A stretch of 64,000 bases of DNA from Candidatus Woesearchaeota archaeon (GCA_047602755.1 JBLKOM010000006.1:77561-141560); one strand, 5' to 3'; positions 10,018 to 21,090 are shown, counted from the stretch's first letter. Notes: a model not told the origin generated them from the letters alone. Made by a program: numbers and translations.

Positions 10018-10557
10018 TTATTTATTGCTTTCACTAGCTTCAGTCAATAATCCAGCACTACTAATATATAAAATTAACCCAATAATACCTATAAGCCAAC
10101 CAATTGCTTGCACATTTGGACTTGAAACAAAATATCCAGAAATTGCCATTGAAAAACCAATACCAATTACTGCTATATGCCAACGACCTTCTTCTTTATT
10201 TCCCATACCAAAATAGATTATTGCAAAAAAGAAAATAGATAAAACAACCCCTGCATAAACTCCAAATGGAGTTAGCACATTTGTCACAACTTCACGAATA
10301 TTATCTGTTTGACCAACTCTAAAGATTCCAAATGTAGAAACTAATGAAATAGTTAATGCAGTAGCTTTTCCATAACGATTTGCTTTACTATCATTGCCTA
10401 AACCTGGAACTTTTCCAATAATTGCAAGAATTATAGCATAAAACAAGACAGTCATTACAACAAAAGATGCAATATACATAGAATGATCATCCTGAAAGAA
10501 ATTAATAATAAATCTTCCAGTATTCTCAAATGCATTTACATAGTTCTGTACGTCCAT
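10018..10557 (-). CDS. membrane protein (179 aa), paralog of the N-terminal module of the upstream gene
   Basis: Shared motif: VPGLGNDSKANRYGKATALTISLVSTFGIF here versus VFSGSPTNKYGKIVSLCLAILSSLGIFGL in the 531-aa neighbour. Confidence 0.55.
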   Translation of the reverse strand: MDVQNYVNAFENTGRFIINFFQDDHSMYIASFVVMTVLFYAIILAIIGKVPGLGNDSKANRYGKATALTISLVSTFGIFRVGQTDNIREVVTNVLTPFGVYAGVVLSIFFFAIIYFGMGNKEEGRWHIAVIGIGFSMAISGYFVSSPNVQAIGWLIGIIGLILYISSAGLLTEASESNK

Positions 10558-10692
10558 TAAAGTTTTATAAGTATTATAGTTTAAAACATTTTTGCAGTTA
10601 CAGTAAATGGCATATTAATTTGTAAAAACTAATCTTATTTACTATTTAGATTAAGACATAATTTACAAAAGATTAATATACAATTTATTAAA

Positions 10693-11283
10693 TCAACCAA
10701 ATAATGATTTTCTTTGTCTTGCAATATTTCCCATCATATTTGGAAGCATAGATTTTACAAGTAAATTGTAAATTTTATCTCGTTTTGATCTTATATATGA
10801 ATGAGCATCAGAAACATCTTTTGCATGTTTTCTATCATAAGTTTCAAGCCAACCTTCTACAGTTTTAATATTTAGCCTATTAGCAACATATTTTCTAACT
10901 CTTTCTGAATTAGCAAAATCTCGCAAAAACTGAATTAATTTAACTTCATTTAAGTCTGTAATTGATCTTTTACCCATAATAACTGCATCAAAATCAGCAT
11001 CACCAGTTATTACTTCATGCTTAAGTTTACTAGCAATAAAACCCATTCTATGAGACAATGCTTGTGTTAAATGAGGAATTGCACCTTTACAATAATTATC
11101 TGTAGGATTATCAACAACTGCTTCTAAATATTTACGATTACCTGATGGAATTTGATTCCAAATAGAAGGCTCTGATCTTAATTCTTTTATTATTTCAACT
11201 ATTTCATCATTAGAGCACTTATATAACATATCGATATGCTGCTCAACTTTTTCTAAAAGTAATTCAATTTTGTTTTTATCCAT
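10693..11283 (-). CDS. hypothetical protein (196 aa)
   Basis: ORF only. Confidence 0.5.
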   Translation of the reverse strand: MDKNKIELLLEKVEQHIDMLYKCSNDEIVEIIKELRSEPSIWNQIPSGNRKYLEAVVDNPTDNYCKGAIPHLTQALSHRMGFIASKLKHEVITGDADFDAVIMGKRSITDLNEVKLIQFLRDFANSERVRKYVANRLNIKTVEGWLETYDRKHAKDVSDAHSYIRSKRDKIYNLLVKSMLPNMMGNIARQRKSLFG

Positions 11284-11518
11284 TTTATCACCTATTTAAT
11301 AAATAATGTAATACCATTTTTTTGATAATAAAACTTAATAAATATTTATATTTTTAAAATATTATAATTTCAAGGAATAATAATCTAAAAGAATTAGGAA
11401 TTACAAGTTATTTTTCCTTAGTTTATGAAATTAAAAATGTATATTAGAGACATTAATGATTATCACTAATTTTTTAGAATGAATAAATAAAATAAAAAAA
11501 TATAAAATATTTACTTAA

Positions 11519-11794
<276 letters not shown>

Positions 11795-12052
11795 TATAAT
11801 ATCCACCTCTTATTTTATTATAAATTAGGTTATAACACTATTTTGAACTTTATAGTATATAAAGCTTTTTATTTTTTTAATATAATTTATTATTTTTTTA
11901 TAAAAAATAAAATAAATATTTAAAACTAAAAAAATATTCTTTTTTATAAATTTTATTTTATCGACTATAAAATTTAGAATTATTTAAGAAGTAGATAAAA
12001 TCAAATTAATTTTATCAAAAAAATAAAAAAAATAATTTTTTAACTAAAAAAA

Positions 12053-13972
12053 TTAATAATTTACAAGAACTTCAACATCCTTACCAAAAATATTTTTAAG
12101 ATCTTCAAAAACTCGTTGCTTTAGAAAAACTTTATTTGGAATTTCTATTTTTACAAGATGCTTTTCTAAGTCTTCAATTGTTGCTGAAATTATATTTTTT
12201 AAAGAACCATCTTCGTCTATATCTGCTTTTGAAACACCTTGATTTTGATTATCTAAATCATGAATAATGAATGCAACTTTGTCTAACATAATCACTTCAC
12301 CATATTTATCTCCATGTTTCACCCTTATTTTTGCACGTTCTAGTTCTCTTCCTTTTTTACGTTGGATATATTCAATTACAAATCTAATAATATCTCTGGA
12401 ATCTTTTTTGCATTTTTCAACATCGGTTTTAGATAATTTTTTTGCATCAAAATCTTTTTTAGCTTTGATTACATCTTCAAGCATTCTTTTATATTTCTCA
12501 GGAATTTTTCCGTGCGTTATTAAGTAATCTTCAAAATACTTTAGAATGTCATCATTTTTTACACCTTTAACTCCTTCAAGACTAAGTGCATCTCTTACTA
12601 ATGTAACAATTGTTTCATATATATGCAGAACATCTTCTTCTTCTTTACGTTTTTCAATATCAGTAAATAATGTTTTTATTTTTTTTAAATAATCATCAGC
12701 ATCCTTTAACATTTTATCAATTTCTGCACCTTTAAGTTCTTTTTTAGTTCCATGCTCTAAATCTTTTCTTATTCTTATAACATGCTCAAGTATTTCAATA
12801 GATTTTGCATCAAACATTTTTTCTTTTTTTACAAAGATTTCTTTCATTAAAGTAGCTGTTTCTCTTGGTGCAGGAGGTGCAATACCATACATCATTAATG
12901 CTGCTTGTGATGGAGTAAGTAAAGCATAATATATATCTTCCATCCCTATTTCTTTTATTTTAAACTCAACACGTTTAATCATTTGTTCACCAGATGACAT
13001 AAACATATCAATTGCTTCAGCAGATGGTTTTATTTTACCCATTTTTAGTAATTGTTTCCATGGCATAAAAATACCTCTATCAAAGAAAGGAACACCATCT
13101 CTTAATAATGTGAAAATTACAGGATTTGCTTCTTTTAATGAATCCCAGAAATCTGTTAAGATATATACTTGTATATTTATTTTATTTTGAATTCCAGTCA
13201 TCTGACCAGCTTCATAACCCATTCCAATAATTATAGCTCTTAATTTATCTTTTAATTCTGCACGAGTCATTTTTTTAACATCAGTATCATCAATTACAAT
13301 CCATACATCAATATCTGAAGTTTTTGTTGCTTGCCCTCGTACAATAGAACCTGCAAGAACATAACTAACAATATATTTTTCAAACTTTTTAACAACCATA
13401 CTCTTATGAATTTCTGATATTTTTATCGCTGCAAGCATACCATTATCATATATTGGCGCACTCATTGCAATTTCTTGAAGATAATCATATTTTGCATCAT
13501 AGCAAGATTGCCATAATTCACTTAAAATAATTGTTTGTGGTTTAAGATTCTTATCAATTTCTTGAGCCATTTGAGCAATAATTATGCTTAATTTATCTTT
13601 AAGCTCTTGCTTAGTCATTTTTTGACTATCATTATCATCAATAAGAACTAAAACGTTAATATCGTCAGGATTAGACTTTTCTTTTTTAATATTTTCCATC
13701 CCTTCTGGAAGTTCAGCCATGTCTTTTTTCATTGATTCATGTTGTTGTTTTACAGGAGGAAGTAAAGCAATACCAACGACGTACTTGTCAAATTTTTCAA
13801 TTACATTTTTAGTAAAAGTATCTAATTTTTCTTTTATTTTCTTTAACTTTTCTTGAGCTTCTTTTGGTAATTTTGAAATATCTTGATTTCCTATTTGTGT
13901 TTGTGCATCATTAGGATTAGCAGTAGAAATATTTTTTACATTTTTAGATTTTGCAGACTTTGATTTTACCAT
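12053..13972 (-). CDS. protein with two tandem Pol-beta-like nucleotidyltransferase-fold domains (639 aa)
   Basis: Second domain has the canonical GS-x9-DxD signature: VLAGSIVRGQATKTSDIDVWIVIDD. A degenerate first copy is present (...DDINVLVLIDDND...). Both are followed by the near-identical KKMT(K/R)(Q/A)ELKDKL. C-terminal alpha-helical region. Confidence 0.6.
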   Translation of the reverse strand: MVKSKSAKSKNVKNISTANPNDAQTQIGNQDISKLPKEAQEKLKKIKEKLDTFTKNVIEKFDKYVVGIALLPPVKQQHESMKKDMAELPEGMENIKKEKSNPDDINVLVLIDDNDSQKMTKQELKDKLSIIIAQMAQEIDKNLKPQTIILSELWQSCYDAKYDYLQEIAMSAPIYDNGMLAAIKISEIHKSMVVKKFEKYIVSYVLAGSIVRGQATKTSDIDVWIVIDDTDVKKMTRAELKDKLRAIIIGMGYEAGQMTGIQNKINIQVYILTDFWDSLKEANPVIFTLLRDGVPFFDRGIFMPWKQLLKMGKIKPSAEAIDMFMSSGEQMIKRVEFKIKEIGMEDIYYALLTPSQAALMMYGIAPPAPRETATLMKEIFVKKEKMFDAKSIEILEHVIRIRKDLEHGTKKELKGAEIDKMLKDADDYLKKIKTLFTDIEKRKEEEDVLHIYETIVTLVRDALSLEGVKGVKNDDILKYFEDYLITHGKIPEKYKRMLEDVIKAKKDFDAKKLSKTDVEKCKKDSRDIIRFVIEYIQRKKGRELERAKIRVKHGDKYGEVIMLDKVAFIIHDLDNQNQGVSKADIDEDGSLKNIISATIEDLEKHLVKIEIPNKVFLKQRVFEDLKNIFGKDVEVLVNY

Positions 13973-14357
13973 TTTTACGAAACCTCGTTTTTATTTTTAT
14001 CAAATAAACATACACTATATATATTATTATTTAATTAAAATTATTGTAAATTTTAACAATTAAACAATTAATAATCATTTTAAGTAAATCAAGACATGTT
14101 ATTATATATAAATACTTCCCTTGGATTTAATACTTAGTAGGGACATTTCTGACATATTAATAATTAATATGTTAGATGCTTTTTGATGAACATAATTTGA
14201 TTTCACTACACAATCAGCATAAACTTTAAAAACATAGGATTTCTAATTGTAATTATATTACTATTTTATAATCAAAACAGTATTTTAATAAAAAGTAATA
14301 AAACAAAAAATAATATAAAATAAAAATTATATAATAAAAAATCTAAGGTGATGTTCA

Positions 14358-14996
14358 ATGGCTGATAAACCAGTACTACCATTATATGAAGGAACAGATA
14401 TAAATTCAAATGTTGATCAATATATTAAAATCAATACGCCAACTGCTGTTGAAGCAAGAAGAAGAAGAGTAGAAAAACATGGCAGAAAGCATCAAGAGCA
14501 TATTGATGATAAAATTGTTGGAGATAAAAGATTAAAAGACTTAAAAGCTTCTGAAAGAAAAACATATGTTGCAAGAGCTTTAGAATACCTTGCAAGAGAA
14601 TGGTATGATGCTCATGGTGTTAAGCTTGATAAAGTGACGCCTGAAATGATGGATGCATTTTTACAACAGGCTGGAGTTGGAGATTATAATACAGTTTTAA
14701 AACAAATTGTTAATAATGAAGCAGACCTTGACCTTTATGGACCAAGAAACCAGTATCTTAATGCAATAAGAGAAAGAGTAGCTGAAGCAAAAGATAAAGA
14801 AGGACTTGAATCACAAAGACTTGAAAGAACTTTTGAGAGCAGATTAGAATATTTACCTGTCCTTCAAAAGAAATTGGCTAAAGCACATGAGAGACCAAAA
14901 GAATATGATGCATCTGCAAGTGTAAGAGAAATGCTTCAAGAGCAAAGAAAATACCAAGCTAGAAAAATGGATTCAGGATATGACCAAACGTATTAA
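14358..14996 (+). CDS. hypothetical protein (212 aa)
   Basis: ORF with divergent arrangement to the nucleotidyltransferase gene. Confidence 0.5.
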   Translation: MADKPVLPLYEGTDINSNVDQYIKINTPTAVEARRRRVEKHGRKHQEHIDDKIVGDKRLKDLKASERKTYVARALEYLAREWYDAHGVKLDKVTPEMMDAFLQQAGVGDYNTVLKQIVNNEADLDLYGPRNQYLNAIRERVAEAKDKEGLESQRLERTFESRLEYLPVLQKKLAKAHERPKEYDASASVREMLQEQRKYQARKMDSGYDQTY

Positions 14997-15007
14997 GAGT
15001 TAATAGA

Positions 15008-15382
15008 ATGGAACATATCAATAAGTTTTATTCACATGCTAGACAAGAATTAGATGATTTCTTAAAATCTGTTGATTATAGTACTATTTCAAAAGCAAAA
15101 GGAATATTAGCAGAATTACAAGATATTCCTGAAGAATATCATGCAGAAATAAAGCAAGTAGTTATTGATAGGTTAAAAGATTTTTACCAAATTACAATGG
15201 AACATCTGCAAAAATATGATATAGCTGATTTTAAAATACTTGACCATTTAGCTGTTCAAGGAAATGCTGATGTAATTAAACAGACATATGGGATTGCAAG
15301 AAGGGAAGAAGCAAAAGGAAATCCTAAACCATATATGGTTCAGCAAAATCAATATACAACTAATACTCCAGAAAAGATGTAA
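15008..15382 (+). CDS. hypothetical protein (124 aa)
   Basis: ORF 11 nt downstream of the previous gene on the same strand. Confidence 0.45.
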   Translation: MEHINKFYSHARQELDDFLKSVDYSTISKAKGILAELQDIPEEYHAEIKQVVIDRLKDFYQITMEHLQKYDIADFKILDHLAVQGNADVIKQTYGIARREEAKGNPKPYMVQQNQYTTNTPEKM

Positions 15383-15609
15383 AGTAATTTAAATCAATCA
15401 AATTTTATATGATAATTAAGCTTATTTATTATTTTTTTTATTAGATTTTTTCTTTACTTTAGAGAAATCATGTTCTGATTTTATTTCAGAGCTAGATAAA
15501 GAAATATTATTGTCATACTTTACTATTTCAATAGCATTATTATTTTTTTTAGATAATAGTTTATTTTTTTTTATTAATATATTATCTTTAAAATTTATAA
15601 TTTTTTCTT

Positions 15610-18600
15610 TTATACTAAATTTAGATCTTTTTTTTTAAAAAAACTCTCATTTGATTTATTATTATCAGAATAAAAAAAAGATCTATCTTTTTTGATTGCA
15701 GTATCAGCTTCAATTGTGATTAAGCGTTCTTCAATTTCTACTAAACGTTCTTGATAATTATGCATTCTATTTTCATAAGCACGCGTATCAAGTTTTTTAG
15801 TTTCAAGATAATCATGCTGAGTTTCACGAATTAAATCAGTTAAACGTAATTTTTCAGAGCTCAAATGCTTAACTTCATTACCTAAAAATTTTAATAAACT
15901 AGCACGAATTGTTTCATACATAATTATTTGTTGGACAACATCATTAATACGAGATTCATATTGTAGCATTGCTTGCTGATATTCTTCGATTGTAACTCTA
16001 CCTAGTTCAAAACATTCATGCTGAAGTTCTTGTATTAAACCTAGAATTACACTATTTTCTTTATGAAGTACTTTAAGACGATTTTGAACATATAAATATC
16101 TTAAAAAAATTGCTAAAATAAATGAAAATATAATTAATCCAAACAAAGATAAAAGCAATAATCTCCAGTTATCTCTTAGGAAAGAAGTTAAATTAAAAAC
16201 ACCAACTGTTTCTAGAGCAAAAGATACCTCTGCATCTTTAGCACGGTTATATGCTAAAACAAAATCACCGCGATCCAATGCTGCTTGTGCAAGAAGTAAA
16301 AGTCGTTCAGTCTCAGGGGTTTGAATTCTTCGAGAATTTGCGTTAGTAACTAAATCGCGGATTTCATCTAATAATGAAGAAGACAATAAAGCTAGATCAT
16401 ATAAATTTAGAATATTTAGATTAATATTTATAATTTTTTGATATTCTCTTAAATTTAGATTAGTATCAAAAGATTTTGTAAGTTCTAATATTTTAACAGT
16501 GTTAAAACCAAGTTTATCTAATATGTTTATTAATTCTTGAGATTCAAAAATTAATTCCTCTGCTTGTATACGAGATATTGGAACAATATATAATTCAACT
16601 ATACGTTGTTCTTGAATTGGGCTATAACGAAAATTAGTAGTATTACCAATTATACGAGAATTATTAATTACAGCTCTAATAATAAACAATAGTTCATAAT
16701 AACCATCAATAAAATATTCTGGAGCAGAAATAATTATATCATATTCTTTTGATTCATTTATTTTAAGATTATATAGATCTTTAGGTTGTATGTCAATATA
16801 TTGACTTAAAAAACCAGATAATTCAACACTAAGATTAAGCATTTCACCAGTAAATGTATTCTCAACTATTAAATTAAATTCTTCATCACTTCCACGAACA
16901 AGTTCATATGTTGCATTTGTTTGAAATAATGCTTCACGTTGAAACTCTGTCAATAATATAGGTTCATTAATATTTAAAGAACCGCCGCCGCCACCAGGAT
17001 TACTCCAAGAAATAGGTTCTTCTGAAGGAGTAGGTGCTATATAATCACCATCAGCACTACCACAAGCTTTTACATATATACCATCAGGAATTGAGGAGCA
17101 TACAAAAGACAAATTAATTTTGTGTTCTTGGATACTAGCGCTATTTGGAAGACGTGCATTCCCTCCTGTATAATTTTTACCATAAGAATAAACTGTTATT
17201 TCTACAAGAGATTCTTGCATAAAAGGCAAATTACTCTCATTAAATTCAAAAATAATATAATTATAATTTTTTGAATTATTTGAGATATTATTATAAAATA
17301 ATTCAATAGTATGAGTTGCATATTCAATGATTGTGTCACTTCCAATAACATATTGACTTGCTATGCTATAAACCACAGCAGATTTTGCAACATTAAAATT
17401 ATTTGGAAAATCCCAACCAAAGCTAACATTAAAAGCAGTATTCTCAATTTGATTATTACCTCCAACATTCTCAAGAGATGCATTAAGAGTTAAATTTTGT
17501 CTTAATAATGGAATAATCCATAGATTATTATCTGCAGAATAAAAAATAGATCTAGTACTTTGTGGAGAAAATATTTCTTGATGAAGTAATTCACCTGGAG
17601 TTAAAATATACAATAATGTTGAAACATTTCGAGATGAAACACCTTCAACAGTATCAGTTTTATTAGAAGAAATAGTTATTTTTGGAGTTTCAGTTAAAAT
17701 AATATCAGTATCAACCTGAGGAAAACTTGCATTAAAACTAATTATACCTAACTCACCAACATCTAATATTATTGATGAAGAATGCTGAAGCCCTCTATTA
17801 TTTGAAATCCACTTACTTGAATCACTAAAAGCAAGAATTGAATATTCAGCACTTAGTCCACTATATGATGGTGTGAATCTAACTACGCAACCATCATATT
17901 CAGGGTCTCCAGTGTTTGTTATAGTAATATCTCCAATAGGTTTATCTTCAAAATAACCATTTATAGGGCCTAATGACATTGGTGAATTTATCCAAGATAT
18001 ATTCCATGAACAATCCCAAGCAGATTCAAATGACACATTTGAAGTAAAGTTATTATTACCTGCTGTGTCATTTGCCCATATGAAAAAAGTATAATTTTGT
18101 TCTTGAGATGATAAAATAAGATCATATTCATACAGATTTCCAGAGATATAATTCATAGAATAATTTATTTGACTGCTTGAATTAAAAGTAACTAAAACAA
18201 CAGAATCAATATCCAATTGTGAATCAAATACATTCGCAGTTATAGTAATAGTTTCACCTGGATCAATATCATTAAGATTAGACGGAGTATAATTAATAAG
18301 CTCAACATCAGGTGATGTTGTATCAAGATTAATTTGACGAAGTTCTGTGGTATTGCAATTTCCTGCTTGATCACAAGCTTCAACGTCAAAGTAATATTGT
18401 CCATTGGGTAAATCTGTGAAATTATACCAAGTTTCCTCTGAGCCATCATCAAAATTACTAATGTTGCTTAAGTTTGTGTCATACAAATAGAAGTTGTATA
18501 CATCAACATTATCTTCTACAAGTGAAAAATTAATGAAAATCCAATTTCTTGAAAAATTAGAGTTATTTAAGGGAGTTCCATTAATCCCATCAACATCATC

Positions 18601-19599
18601 AATAAAATATACAATAGGAAAAGTTGTATCTATTGTAAAAGTTATTTCTTCAGAACTTTCTGTTCCTTCTGAATTATTTGCATAAAAAGTAAAAGTATAT
18701 TCACCATCTACATTTGTAAAAGAATCAGTTAAAAATTCAGTTTCTGAAATATTTATTGCTGTTGAATTTGCTGTTCCATTATTATACCAAATAAATTCTG
18801 CATTTGAAGCAGTAAAATTAATTGGAATTGTTGAAGTGTTGTAATAAAAATCTTGAATTGGACTTAATATTTCTAATGAAGAAGAGAGTAATGATAGACC
18901 ATCTCCATTGTTGTAAAGCTGTTGGATTTCTGCTTCAGATAATGCTCGATTCCAGATAGCGAATTCATCAATATGACCTCGATAGGCCCAATGATCATCA
19001 AAGTTTCTACCACCAATTGCAAATATAGTATTAGCTGTTTGTAAATTTACTGTATTTGACGCAACTAATTGACCATTAGCATATATTCTAATTACTGATC
19101 CATCATAAGTTATAGTTGCATAGTACCAAGTGTTAGTATTTATTGAAATAATACCTTGAGGAGTGTGAAAAACTGGATGCTGATAATCAAAACCATTACC
19201 GGTATTATATATTGAAAACATAAATAGTTGAGAACCTTGATTTTGCCCTACTGAAAAAAGTGTTGCATACCAATTAGGTATTGTCCCTGAATTAAACCAA
19301 AAAGAAATTGTTCTTGGTTGATTTCCTGAAATTCCTAAATTTGTTGTGGACCTTAAACGCTCTGACAAACTTCCTGAACTTCCTGCAAAGTAAACTGATC
19401 CACCACCTAATTTATAATTATTTGTTACTACAGGAACACTTCCTAGATGTTCCACTAAAATATGGCCTCCATCAATAGTATTATCTAAGGAATCATCAAA
19501 CGGCCAATACCCAATCAATCCATCTTTTAAATCTGCTTTTACAATAGGAATTATAAACAGAATTAGCAAAAATAATAATAATTTTTTTACATCCATCAA
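15610..19599 (-). CDS. large N-glycosylated cell-surface protein with an N-terminal LamG (concanavalin A-like lectin) domain and a C-terminal TM anchor plus coiled-coil tail (1329 aa)
   Basis: Signal peptide MMDVKKLLLFLLILFIIPIVKA. LamG signature: GYWPFDD...FAGSSGS...ISFWFNS...GHIDEFAIWNRALSEAEIQQLYNNG. Dozens of N-x-S/T sequons. TM segment LLLSLFGLIIFSFILAIFLRYLY is followed by heptad repeats. Confidence 0.75.
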   Translation of the reverse strand: MMDVKKLLLFLLILFIIPIVKADLKDGLIGYWPFDDSLDNTIDGGHILVEHLGSVPVVTNNYKLGGGSVYFAGSSGSLSERLRSTTNLGISGNQPRTISFWFNSGTIPNWYATLFSVGQNQGSQLFMFSIYNTGNGFDYQHPVFHTPQGIISINTNTWYYATITYDGSVIRIYANGQLVASNTVNLQTANTIFAIGGRNFDDHWAYRGHIDEFAIWNRALSEAEIQQLYNNGDGLSLLSSSLEILSPIQDFYYNTSTIPINFTASNAEFIWYNNGTANSTAINISETEFLTDSFTNVDGEYTFTFYANNSEGTESSEEITFTIDTTFPIVYFIDDVDGINGTPLNNSNFSRNWIFINFSLVEDNVDVYNFYLYDTNLSNISNFDDGSEETWYNFTDLPNGQYYFDVEACDQAGNCNTTELRQINLDTTSPDVELINYTPSNLNDIDPGETITITANVFDSQLDIDSVVLVTFNSSSQINYSMNYISGNLYEYDLILSSQEQNYTFFIWANDTAGNNNFTSNVSFESAWDCSWNISWINSPMSLGPINGYFEDKPIGDITITNTGDPEYDGCVVRFTPSYSGLSAEYSILAFSDSSKWISNNRGLQHSSSIILDVGELGIISFNASFPQVDTDIILTETPKITISSNKTDTVEGVSSRNVSTLLYILTPGELLHQEIFSPQSTRSIFYSADNNLWIIPLLRQNLTLNASLENVGGNNQIENTAFNVSFGWDFPNNFNVAKSAVVYSIASQYVIGSDTIIEYATHTIELFYNNISNNSKNYNYIIFEFNESNLPFMQESLVEITVYSYGKNYTGGNARLPNSASIQEHKINLSFVCSSIPDGIYVKACGSADGDYIAPTPSEEPISWSNPGGGGGSLNINEPILLTEFQREALFQTNATYELVRGSDEEFNLIVENTFTGEMLNLSVELSGFLSQYIDIQPKDLYNLKINESKEYDIIISAPEYFIDGYYELLFIIRAVINNSRIIGNTTNFRYSPIQEQRIVELYIVPISRIQAEELIFESQELINILDKLGFNTVKILELTKSFDTNLNLREYQKIININLNILNLYDLALLSSSLLDEIRDLVTNANSRRIQTPETERLLLLAQAALDRGDFVLAYNRAKDAEVSFALETVGVFNLTSFLRDNWRLLLLSLFGLIIFSFILAIFLRYLYVQNRLKVLHKENSVILGLIQELQHECFELGRVTIEEYQQAMLQYESRINDVVQQIIMYETIRASLLKFLGNEVKHLSSEKLRLTDLIRETQHDYLETKKLDTRAYENRMHNYQERLVEIEERLITIEADTAIKKDRSFFYSDNNKSNESFFKKKDLNLV

Positions 19600-19719
19600 A
19601 GTGTTATAGATTTAAATACTTTATAAAAATTGTGCTTAAATACAATATAGCTTTATTTACTACTTTACAGTAAATAAAAATAGAAAAATTTATAAATATG
19701 TTATGTTAATATTGCTGTT

Positions 19720-21090
19720 ATGAATGGATTAGATGAGACTAGAACAGGAATTAGAGATATAGGATTAGATAGAAGACTAGATTACAGGGAACAATTAAGA
19801 CCATTAAGAGAACAATTAGATTATCAAGTAAATCAACTAGATCCAAATCATCCTTTAAGAAGACATCTTGATGGTTACACAGGACAAGAAAGACAAGATA
19901 GATTAGATCAAATTATACAAGATAATATTGCACGACAACAAATGCCGAAATATTCGAGAGAACAATTAGAACCAGTTAGAGAAGCAATACATAACGATAT
20001 AATGAATCAAGATGTAAATAATCCTGACCGAAGAGCGTTTGAACAACTAAATCCACAACAAAGAGAAGAAACATTAGATATGCTTGCAAATAGATTATTA
20101 CATCAACAAGAAAGACAAAATATTTCTAGAAATCCTTTAGAGATGAGTACTCCTAGTTATGCAGCACAAAGACCTGCTGAGTATGATGAAAATACTTCAA
20201 CTAGAAATCTTATGCAAGAAGATGATAGAACAAGAAAAGTAAGAATTGGTCAACAAGTATTAAGTGATATTATTGAAAAACATGAAAATGAAAAAAGAAA
20301 ATATATCAAACTAAATGGTGATACTTCTAATGCTCCAGAATTAGATTTAGCTGATGAATTAGGTTATTTAAAACCAATAGGTATGTCAAAAAATGATTTT
20401 AAAAATGAATTAAATTCAAGACAAGGTGAATCAAAATTAGAATATTTAGGTGACAATTATTTAAGTTTAATGGAACGTCAAGAAAATTCAAGAAGTGCTA
20501 GATTAACAACAGGAGAAAAAGTTAAAGATATGACAACTGATGAATTATTAGATAAATTTTTCAGTTACATGTCAGATCAAAGAGCGTATGATACATTAGC
20601 AAGAGATTACCAAAAAGCAATGTATAAAATACATTCTAATATTGATGATTTTATTGGAGAAGGAGCACCAAGCAGATTTGAAATAGGTAAAAGAAAATCA
20701 ATTGTAACTAGTATTATTGATTATTTTACATCTAAATCAGGATTAGATAGAGATAATTATTTTGCTGAGATTGGAATTAGTGATACATACGATGAAGTTT
20801 TAGAAAAAATAGTTAGTGAAGAAAGAAATTTAAATCCAATGGATAGAGATAATCAACTATTAAATCATATGCTAACATATGAAGTTGATAACAGTCATAT
20901 ATTTGGTGATGTTAAAAAAATATATGGTGAGTTAACAAGAAGTAAAACACATAAAGATAGAGTAATCCAAAGAATATCTGATAAATTAGGTAAACCACTA
21001 AAACCTGAAATTACTGCAGGAGAAGCTCTAGGAAAATACCTTGAAAAGATAAGAATTGATGAGCCAGAAATAGATAAAACTTTCTACTAA
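19720..21090 (+). CDS. hypothetical charged protein (456 aa)
   Basis: ORF only. Rich in R/D/E/Q. Confidence 0.5.
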   Translation: MNGLDETRTGIRDIGLDRRLDYREQLRPLREQLDYQVNQLDPNHPLRRHLDGYTGQERQDRLDQIIQDNIARQQMPKYSREQLEPVREAIHNDIMNQDVNNPDRRAFEQLNPQQREETLDMLANRLLHQQERQNISRNPLEMSTPSYAAQRPAEYDENTSTRNLMQEDDRTRKVRIGQQVLSDIIEKHENEKRKYIKLNGDTSNAPELDLADELGYLKPIGMSKNDFKNELNSRQGESKLEYLGDNYLSLMERQENSRSARLTTGEKVKDMTTDELLDKFFSYMSDQRAYDTLARDYQKAMYKIHSNIDDFIGEGAPSRFEIGKRKSIVTSIIDYFTSKSGLDRDNYFAEIGISDTYDEVLEKIVSEERNLNPMDRDNQLLNHMLTYEVDNSHIFGDVKKIYGELTRSKTHKDRVIQRISDKLGKPLKPEITAGEALGKYLEKIRIDEPEIDKTFY

